From contig NC_045696.1 in the NCBI RefSeq assembly GCF_009834535.1, forward strand, positions 95,854,001 through 95,918,000: a DNA stretch of 64,000 nucleotides. The letters run 5' to 3'. Below are positions 54,986 to 64,000 of the stretch, piece after piece. The stretch's first letter is position 1. The number at the start of each line of letters is the position of its first letter. The notes below the pieces were generated by a model. That model made no database searches and was not told the origin of the DNA. It saw nothing but the letters and a program-made list of their open reading frames with translations. The translations under genes and the position numbers were made by a program. The DNA comes from Camelus ferus (taxonomy: Eukaryota).

Positions 54986-55397
54986 AAGTGCAAATTAATT
55001 TTATGGAAAGAATCTCCTAAATTGAATAAGAACATGCACATATAATTTAAAATTACATAACAGTAAATCAAGTATGGAATATATAAATTTTTTTATGTCA
55101 GGCAAACCAAAACAATTGTGGCTTTTATGTCATAACACTTTAGAGCTATTCATGTCATGTGTAATTCACCCAAACAGGAATAATTGCTAGACCCTTTCTG
55201 TAAGGGGCGCTGTCTACTGAGACTGTTCAACTACAATACCAAAATGTACAAACAAGTTCATTTGGGATTTATCTGGTGTAAGTAATTATCTTTAGCAATA
55301 TATAAATGGATTATAGAATTTAGAATTTATACAGCTGAGAAAAGAAAAGGTTAGCTGAGAATGTCTGAACTAAAAACTCAGAAATGGACTATATACA

Positions 55398-56073
55398 TGT
55401 AACCCGAGTTACACCAAGATCCAAAGATCACAATAGTATCAACTCAAATTACACTGGTTCTTGCCTGCATTTTCCAGTAATATCTGTCTTCTGCTGAGTA
55501 AATTGCAAGCATTTCTGGGAGAACCCAGAGGATGATTTGCATGTACTTAAATTCCTTGGATAATCTCTACAGCCACCTCCATTCACTCTTGTTCCCCAAC
55601 AACACGTGATGTGAAGGAAAAACCGGGCTGGTCTTACAAGATAACTCACAAGTCTAGGAATGTGAAGGAGAGGCTGGGCTGGGCTAACAAGATAACTCAC
55701 AAATCTAAATATTGGAATACTGATCTGAGTTCTGCTAAACTAACTTGTAAATCTAGGCTATAATTAGTGTTGGTTTGCTGTTCGTGTTATTTTGCTAGCC
55801 AGCTGGGTTTTCAAAGATACATATCTGGCTTTGGAATGTTGGTTTGCTGCCTCCCCGCCTCCACTTTTGTGATAATGCTGCTAAAGCTGTTCCATGCCTA
55901 TTGGCCGAATTCCCCAAACTTGTACTTTACCCTATAAAACCTCATGCGCACGTCTTGGAGGTGCTCAGAGCTTCAGAGCAGAAGCCCCTCTGAGCCTGCC
56001 GGCGTAATACATCTGAGTACTCCAACCCTCCGAGTGGTGCTTGTTTCTTGACTGGCCTGTTGTTTCCGTAACA
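55398..56073 (+). mobile_element. Young ERV LTR (gamma-like architecture)
   Basis: TGTAAC...GTAACA termini. U3 direct repeat with a 51-bp period (55609, 55660). GC box, reverse CCAAT at 55900, TATAAAA at 55933, poly(A)-like AATACA at 56006. Several CpGs retained. Confidence 0.8.
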
Positions 56074-56164
56074 GTGACATTTACTGGCATAGCCACCTCT
56101 CACCACACACTGCAGTCACTATGCTAAAACTATGGAATAAAATAAAGTATGAGGGTCCCTGAAA

Positions 56165-56369
56165 ACCTCTAAAGGCTGAAAAAGAAGCAGATGTTCCTCT
56201 AGAGCCTCCGGAGGAATGCTACCCTGCATTCCTTCCAGCACCTTGATTTTAGCCAAGTAAGACAAACTTATGACTTCTGACCTCCAGCACTATAAGATAA
56301 TAAATGTATATTGTATGAAGCCACTAGATTTCTAATAATTTTTTGCACCAGCAATAGGAAACTAATACA
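56165..56369 (+). mobile_element. MLT1C/D 3' half
   Basis: CTAGAGCCTCC...CACCTTGATTTTAGCC...GACTTCTGACCTCCAG...CAGCAATAGGAAACTAATACA. Confidence 0.85.
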
Positions 56370-58649
56370 ACAGGGAAATTAATCTTCCCTGGTTCAATTT
56401 ATATTCTTCCTTTTTGTTGATTGGATGTGGCTTCTTAATCTTCTGTTATGTTCTGCACTGGTCCTGATCCATAAGCATCTGTTTCAAAATTTGTTTCTGT
56501 ATATCAGGTCCTTAATTCTCACTGCAGAGAGTTTTCTGTCTTTCCCTTACAAATCTTATAGCCTATATGCCCATATCTCTAATTGTTGCTCTTTTATTTG
56601 TATCTGTATTTCCTTCAGTTGTGTTCTCAGCAAAGTGTTGGGTGCAGATAACTTTTTTGGGAATGGCTTATTTTAGGGGTGGAGTACCCTTCTTTTCTAC
56701 TTTCTATACTCTTTCGTCATTCTTTCCCTCTGGGTCATTTTGGAAGAGAGAAACTTGAAGATTAACCACCACCTGAGAAACATTTCCTGTGGTGCTGAAA
56801 TTACCGGTTCTGTGGTATGTGTGTATCACACAATCAGACATCTTCTATGATTAGAACAGCCTAAGATTGTGCTGTGGAATCATCTTACTCACACTGTGTG
56901 TGGGCCACACCCAAGGGAGTTGAATGAAAAAGAAAATGTTAATCAGTTCATTTCCAGGGCTTCTCCTGGTGTGCTGAGATTTCAGGAAGTTTGTGAAAGA
57001 GAGAAAGAAGATGCTTTGAGGACTTTTTAAGTACATACTAGGTCCAGAAGCTAAAGACAAGAAAGTGAAAGATGGAGCTTGGAACAAAAGAACCACTAGA
57101 CATTCTTCTGGAGACAAGGAGAAGTCTAGAGGACTGGAAGATAAGGAGGGAAACAGTCCTATGATCAATACTTTTAACTTCCCTACTGTAGCAACATTTA
57201 CTCAGATCATCTGAGCTTCTATAACTTTTCACATCTGGCTGATTTTCCTATTTACTAGTAGAATTATCTTAAGACTAAAGGTTAGTCTGTGGCTCAGCCT
57301 GGAAGGGGATTCTTGCATAGTTTTTTGTTAACTAGTTAATATTCCTTACCCAGTCTGGTACCTAGTATAGTTATTCACGTAATAAATCTTAATTCTTGGA
57401 AGAGGAAGGAATGCAGAATTCAAGTTAAAATACAAGTGGCAAAATGAACATATGATTTAACCTGCTTTTCTACATGCAGCTAAAATTTTAGAGGTAGAAT
57501 TTGTTATTGTTGGGCTAGCACACATCATGTCAGGAGGTCTTAATAATTCTGGCAAGCAAGAGAGCTGATGGAAAGTTTCTCTGGCTAACAGAAATCCCAT
57601 TTAAGGACTCATGGAAGGTATCCATTACAGAGAATTGAGAAATCCATGAGGAAAAGGAAACATTAAAGGACACTATTTTTGCTCTGGCTCTTATGTTTTC
57701 TCTTTCCCTTTTTATAGAAAGAAAATCAAGAATTTCTTATTTTATAGGTCAGTTAATCAAGACATTGGATCTGTGCAGGCTCAGAACGTATGTTTTGCCC
57801 ATGTGGTCTCAGGCAAAAGTAACAGACTTTACATTCAAAATGTATGAATAATAAATGCCCAAAGACTCAGTGCGTTAAGTTTTGAAAACTTAAAGTAAAC
57901 ATTTGGTGAGTTTTCATTGAAAACGTGAAAGTATTTTTTCCAGGTGTTATTTTTTCAGAAGAAATTTGAAGACTGTTTATAACATTTTTATAGAGATATC
58001 CTCATTTATAATTTCTTTGAACATACGTGGATTTTTGCATATGACAAGAAGCTACATTAGAAAATACGTTCTTAGTTGTTTTTTCCAAACTTGATATATG
58101 ACAATAAATTTATGACAATAATTACGTTTTCCTCCTCATTTATAACTAACCTACTATGTACTTTTTTTAAAAACAAAGTCACAGTTTAGCTGAGCATCCT
58201 GAGGCCAGCAGAATAAACCCAATTTAAAAAAACAAAAACACCTTTGTCTTGAAAGTATGCATTCCTGAGTTTAATTGAAACACATTTACAGACACCTTGT
58301 GTGGGAAGTTCAAAGTTATCATTATTTATTTGACCATCATGTCATTCAACTAAAGACAAATCTTATTTTTAAAATGATAATTAAAGGGGAATCTAAGAAA
58401 GTCTAGTAACTATCATACCTGTAACCCCTCTCCAAATAAAGCTCCTCCTTCTGTATGAATTACCTTGCTTCATCCCATATGCATCCCATGGGCCATGTCC
58501 CATTTGAGCTCCAGATACTAAGACAGCCATCCATTGATTAACACAAGGAAAACCAGTAGCCTTTAAGATGGCACTGCACTCTGTAATGGGAATGGAGTGA
58601 GTCTATCAATAGGAGTGATTGATTCACTACTCAAATTTTCCTTCTTAGA

Positions 58650-59560
58650 AAGTTAGATAACAGATACATATCAAGTCCTACCAGTTCATCTTCCAAAATA
58701 TTTTCCACGTCTATGCATTCCTTTCACCCCATTGCCACCACGCTATCCAAGACACCATCTTCTCTCTATCGGGCTGAGGCCATAATCTCCTTACCAGTTC
58801 TCTCCACTGCCACCTCTGCCCCTTAAAATCCATCTTCCACACAGCAGCCAGTGTGTTCTTTTAAAGAATAGACAAGATCATATTGCTCACCTGATTACAA
58901 TTCTCCAGTGACTTCTCATTCCATTTAAACTTCAAACATATAAAACACATACAATTCAAGCTCTGATGTGAACTTCTCTCTCTGACTGCCTCTTTACATC
59001 TCCATTCTCCCTCTCGCCTACTATGCTAGCTTCCATTCTCTTCCCCAGGCATGCCAAGGTCTCCCGCATCTCAGGGCCTTTGCAAATGCCATTTTCTCTC
59101 TCTCTCAATCTCCTCCCTCCCCAGCAGGCTGGCTTCCTCCTCTTCCTTTAGATCTCAGTTCAAGTATCTTCTTCAAGAGATCTTCCTCTAAAACAGCAAT
59201 TCTCAATCATTCCAGTGTATCAGAATCACCTAGGAGCTTATTAAAATTTCAGCTGATCAGGTCCCACTCCAAATTAATCTGAGTAGAACTCTGGCATCAG
59301 AATTATAACAAAACAAACCACACCTCTACAGGTTATTCTAATTGCAGCCAACTTGTGACTCAGCAATCTCCTCCCCTCTATCATATTCACCTATTAGTGG
59401 CCTCTTAGTATGTATCCTACTCAGTCATTATCTTGTTCACTTGTTTTCCTGTAAAATGTCTATTTTTTCCCATTAAATGCTACTTCTATGAGGGCAGGGA
59501 AGTTTTCTACCTATTCACTGCTGTATGCCCAATGCCTAATATCTAATAGGTCAGTGAAAG
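58650..59560 (+). mobile_element. L2 3' region with a nested MER5B-like MITE (~59194-59350)
   Basis: CCACACAGCAGCCAG, TCAGGGCCTTTGCA, ATGAGGGCAGGGA. MER5B-like CAGCAATTCTCAA...TCAGAATCACCTAGGAGCTT. Confidence 0.75.
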
Positions 59561-59802
59561 GAGGGCTGAAAATCCTTCAGGTTAGTAGACAGAGAAGTTT
59601 TAAGCATATGAAAGGCAGTACGGAGAATCCATCAAGTAGTAAGGATTTAGAATGAGAGAAAGTGGTGAAAATGGATGAAGAAACCAGAGAGAAACTGAAT
59701 GATGAGAACAAAGTATGAGCATAAACCATGGACCATAGAAGGCTCTCTTGGGCCACTGTCTCTTCCAATGAAGCCTGAATGTTCAAAAGCTAGACTGAAT
59801 CC

Positions 59803-60950
59803 TTTTTTTTTTTTGGAGTTAATGAAAAATAATTTTATTCATAAAGAAGATGCATATTTACAAGCCATCAATATGTCAATTAGTACATTTCAAGAATTTA
59901 TTACTACTAAATATTTTTAAAATATTTAATGAAGACTAGAAAATTGATTCTCAGAAACATACACAAAATTTCACAATTTTATTTTTTATTTTTTAATGTC
60001 TCTTTTATTAACATTTTTATTGATTTATAATCATTTTACATTGTGTCAAATTTTAGTGTAGAGCACAATTTTTCAGTTATACATGAACATATATATATTC
60101 ATTGTCACATTTTTTTCTCTGTGAGCTACCATAAGATCTTGTATATATTTCTCTGTGCTATACAGTATAATCTTGTTTATCTGTTCTACAATTTTGGAAT
60201 CCCAGTCTGTTCCTTCCCACCCCCTGCCCCCTTGGCAACCACAAGTTTGTATTCTATGTCTGTAAGTCTGTTTCTGTTTTGTATTTATGCTTTGTTTTGT
60301 TTTGTTTTGTTTTGTTTTAGGTTCCACAGATGAGCAATCTCATATGGTATTTTTCTTTCTCTTTCTGGCTTACTTCACTTAGAAAGACATTCTCCAGGAG
60401 CATCCATATTGCTGCAAATGGTGTTACGTTGTTGGTTTTTATGGCTGTATAGTATTCCATAGTATAAATATACTACATATTCTTTATCCAGTCATCTGTT
60501 GATGGACATTTATGCTGTTTCCATGTCTTGGCTATTGTAAATAGTGCTGCTATGAACATTGGGGTGCAGGTTTCATTTTGAAGTAGGGTTGCTTCTGGAT
60601 ACATGCCCAGGAGCGGGATTCCTGGGTCATATGGTAAGTCTATTCCTAGTCTTTTGAGGAATCTCCATACTGTTTTCTACAGTGGCTGCACCAAACTGCA
60701 TTCCCACCAGCAGTGTAGGAGGGTTCCCCTTTCTCCACAGCCTCTCCAGCATTTGTCATTTGTGGATTTTTGAATGATGGCCATTCTGACTGGAGTGAGG
60801 TGATACCTCATGGTAGTTTTGATTTGCATTTCTCTGATAATTAGTGATCTTGAGAATTTTTTCATGTGCCTATTGATCATTTGTATGTCTTCCTTGGAGA
60901 ATTGCTTGTTTAGGTCTTCTGCCCATTTTTGGATTGGGTTGTTTATTTTT
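59803..60950 (-). mobile_element. Young 5'-truncated camelid-type L1 with 3' transduction
   Basis: Near-intact ORF2 C-terminus ([40 protein letters not shown]) and 3'UTR to ~60010. Extra unique sequence at 59815-59976, terminal poly(T) at 59803-59814. TSD TGAATCCTTTTTT at 59796 and 60950. Confidence 0.9.
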
Positions 60951-61476
60951 GAATCCTTTTTTGTGACCCCCTAACATACACTAATTTCTGTACAAACTCA
61001 GTTCCACACAAATAATGCTTACTTTGTTGACACACTGAGATTAAGGGTATCTCATTACTGATTTTTAACATGGAAAAAACTTACCTTAACTCCTGAAGCT
61101 TTCTCTTTTTAGTTAAACTGTTTTTAATAGAAGCCTTCTTAAAAGTAATACATTTACTTATCTTCTTTAAAAATATATGAAGAAAATTTCACATAATCTT
61201 GGTAAGTCCAGGATTTTCCAAGTCAGATATTTTGCCATCTGTATTACCTTGATATTCTTAAGAAATCTTTAAACATATAAACCATATTATAAAAGTCTTT
61301 GGAACAGAGGACTTGTATGGCTCTTGACTTCTTTTTTAAGATTTAAGTTTTCTCTTGTGAGTTTACAGGAGCTCTCCTCTTAACCTGCATGCCCTCACTG
61401 CTCATCTTGATTATATTCAGTTGTGAGCTTTAAAAGGTAATCAAATCCTTTTTAAACAAATACAAATAGAAACACA

Positions 61477-61673
61477 CAGTGGTTCTCAATCTTGGCTATG
61501 ATTGTAATCACCTGGAGAGATTTAACATCCATGGATGCCTGCCTCCCTCTTCAGACCCTAGAATTCATGATTTAAGTTGCCAGAAGTGTGGCTAGAACGA
61601 GCATTAGCTATTTTTTGGGTTTGATTTTGATTTTCTTTGGTTCCCAGATGAATCTAATATGTTGAAAACCCTG
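61477..61673. mobile_element. MER5B-like hAT MITE
   Basis: CAGTGGTTCTCAATCTTGGCT...AATCACCTGGAGAG...CCCAGATGAATCTAATATGTTGAAAACCCTG. Confidence 0.7.
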
Positions 61674-62536
61674 CACAAAGTCTTAATAAGGAAGTTTGGA
61701 ATGACCCAAGCTTTCTATTTTTAGGGGTAATTGTTCAAATCGCATGACTCTTAGTTTGGTTCTTCCTTTCGGGTCCTTCACGTGAACTCTGCTGCCCCCG
61801 CCCAAATTCAGCCTCAAGATTGTAAGGCTCTCATTTAAAATTCCAGATCAAGAATGGACAACTTCGATTTTCTTTGTTTCCCTTTAACGCAAGAATACTA
61901 GAGCTGGAAGAGCTCTTCTAAAACATCATCTAAATCCACTCTCCTCTATTTACAGGTGACAGATTTAAGGCAGGGAAGTAATGTCCCTGAGGTTATGTAA
62001 CCAGTTCCAGAGCGGGTACTGCTGGTCCTCCATTCCTTGCCAATTACAATTCTGTCCCTGAGGAAAGGTGGTGCTATAGGAAGAGTGTGTCTTTAGCAAA
62101 CTCTCTTAGTCGGGCTATTTTAGAGGGCCAGCACAAAAACTCATTCAACCTAACAAAAATCAGAGAGTCTCAGAAAGACTCATGAGTATCTTACATATCC
62201 CCAGTCAGGCCTCCTTAGGAACTGGAACTTGCAACTAGAAAAGCAGCAAGAACCCAGACAATTATTCTCTCCCCGTCCCTCTGTGGAGGTGTGTACGTGT
62301 CTCCAAGCTACTTCCTCCACTTCACTTTGCACCTGAAGGTAAGTAACGGACTCCCCTGCTTCTGCATACAAATGTCCTTCAGTTTCTAGAAGTAAATGAA
62401 TCTAACAAATACCTCTGTTTCCAAGTCTCAGGAGCAGGAATCTGATTAGCCCTTTTGGTCAGGTGTTCACCCATTCCCCTTCCAGAAATGAGCAGGGAGC
62501 AAAGTCAGGTTGTGGAAATAAACATGGGTACGGGGC

Positions 62537-63182
62537 CATTACCAAACCAAACTTGTGTCATCTTGCCCACGCACAGTCAAGGCTATCTGACTCCAGGATG
62601 TGGTGAGCAGAAGTGCAGCATTTATTGCAGGGCACCAAGCAAGGAATCCAGGTGGCTAGTGCTTAAAAGACCTGAAATCCCTGAAGGCTTTCAGGGAAAG
62701 GTTTTTAAAGACAGGGTGAGGGAGGTGGGTTGTGAGGTGTGTGATCAGCTGATGAATGTTCTTCCGAATGGTTGGTGGTGAGGTAATCGGGAGTCACCAT
62801 CATCACCTTTCTTAGACACAGACAGGTCCCAACTGGTCTGGGGTCTAAGTGCTTGTGGGGAGCATACAGTTAGCTTCTTCCACCTGATGAAGGTTTTAGT
62901 ATCTGAAAAACAGCTCAAAACAAATGGCTCAGAATATTATCCACAGCCCTTCGGGAGGAACTAAAGGTCCTTGACTTCGTTTAATGGTTAAATTATTATT
63001 ATCTTGTCTTGCTTTACTGTTTTTCTTTCTTTCTGCATTTTCTCACTTCTCTGATTAAATGTACTCGTTGGAACTTGGGGAAAGCCTAGGAGACTTAAAG
63101 TTTTCCTACAGACAAGAGACAAGCGGAGGACATGGGGGAGGGTCTATTCTGGGAAGGCCCCATAGGGTCCTGCTTGATTACA
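62537..63182 (-). mobile_element. ERV1 solo LTR, LTR39-like (MER4 group, artiodactyl-type)
   Basis: TTACCAAACCAAACTTG...GCATTTATTGCAGGGCACCAAGCAAGGA...GGTTTTTAAAGACAGGG...TTACA. 4-bp TSD GGGC/GGGT. Inserted into an older MLT1-like remnant (~62080-63250). Confidence 0.75.
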
Positions 63183-63629
63183 GGGTTACCTTACAGTTAG
63201 TCAGAGTTCTGGGAAGAAATTCTCAGAAATGGGGCACATGGTGTCTACTTACACAATCCTAAACAACAATCTTACCCTCACTTAGTAGGACAGTGAAACT
63301 TCCAAAATTTGCATAGCAAAAATCTTAATTAGTTCCTCTTTGACCCATATCGTGTCATAGGTTAATAGTCGTAGTTCCTGCCCAGTCCTGTATTGAAAAC
63401 TCTATTCCAGAAACGATTTTTTTTAAATTACTCTCAAAACATTTTTAAAACTTAAATAGCTCAAAGCTGAACTGCATCAAGGACACAATCACAGACAAAA
63501 CAGTTCCACGTACATGCTTAGACAGGTAGCAGAACTTAGTAAACACTCAGCAGAGTAGCGAGCCCGATCTGTTTCCTTTCAGCAACCTTACTGGGAAATG
63601 TTATCCAGTAAAACTGGTTCAAGTAGCAA

Positions 63630-63807
63630 AGTGAAAATGGCCTGGGACCAGTGTCAGCAACACCTGGGAACTTACAGATAGAAATTCTCAGACTCCAGCC
63701 TAGACCCACAGAATCAGAAACTCTATGGGTGGGGCCCAGATCTGTTTTAAACAGCCCTCTTATTGATTCTGACCATTTTGATACATTCTGAACTTTGGAA
63801 ACCACTA
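63630..63807. mobile_element. MER5A hAT MITE
   Basis: CACCTGGGAACTT...AAATTCTCAG...GAATCAGAAACTCTATGGGTGGGGCCCAG...TTTGGAAACCACT. Confidence 0.8.
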
Positions 63808-64000
63808 CAATAGAAAGCTACTGAGGCCATGGCCATTAATTTGACTTGCCATAAGCTGGTCATCTTTCCACACAGAAACGAGATGAAGAAATGATCATAG
63901 GCTATGTCAGGGAAACTTAGCTGTGTCCTGGTGTTGTCATTACTAAAAGTATTATGGCCTTGATCAAGTCACCTAGCCAGTCTAACCCTTAGTTTCTTTC

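Noticed and set aside
55609..55707. CRISPR-like or other prokaryotic repeat array
   Set aside because: Only two copies with no spacers, inside an LTR U3. The window is mammalian and has no operons or cas genes.
56074..56095. tRNA-Ser-like primer binding site (TGGCATAGCC) after the young LTR
   Set aside because: Only about 8 of 10 bases match, it is offset ~11 nt from the LTR end, and no internal ERV sequence follows.

Overview
AT-rich, repeat-dense eutherian genomic DNA, most likely from a camelid. The evidence is a tRNA-Ala-type Vic-1-like SINE at 45.5 kb and a young L1 3' end of camelid type at 60 kb. I found no intact protein-coding gene; the listed ORFs are chance ORFs or decayed L1/ERV frames. 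The window is mostly a transposon fossil record: a degraded class I-like ERV pol (RNase H plus integrase) with an odd env-like remnant (1.7-4.5 kb), several solo LTRs (MER34-like, LTR40, MaLR/MLT1, LTR39-like and one young ERV LTR), many L1, L2 and MIR pieces, and hAT MITEs. The most notable observations are: (1) a young L1 carrying an apparent ~160-bp 3' transduction inside a TSD (59.8-61.0 kb); (2) a CpG-rich 259-bp insert with a ~20-bp TSD splitting the ERV RNase H (1.9-2.2 kb); (3) an env-like remnant without a recognisable gamma-type TM signature; (4) an old twin-primed, 5'-inverted L1; (5) a cluster of STAT/GAS motifs at an LTR edge; and (6) weak evidence for a minus-strand, probably non-coding, spliced host transcript. 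Repeat family names come from my recall of consensus sequences, not from a search. Boundaries of old elements are approximate.
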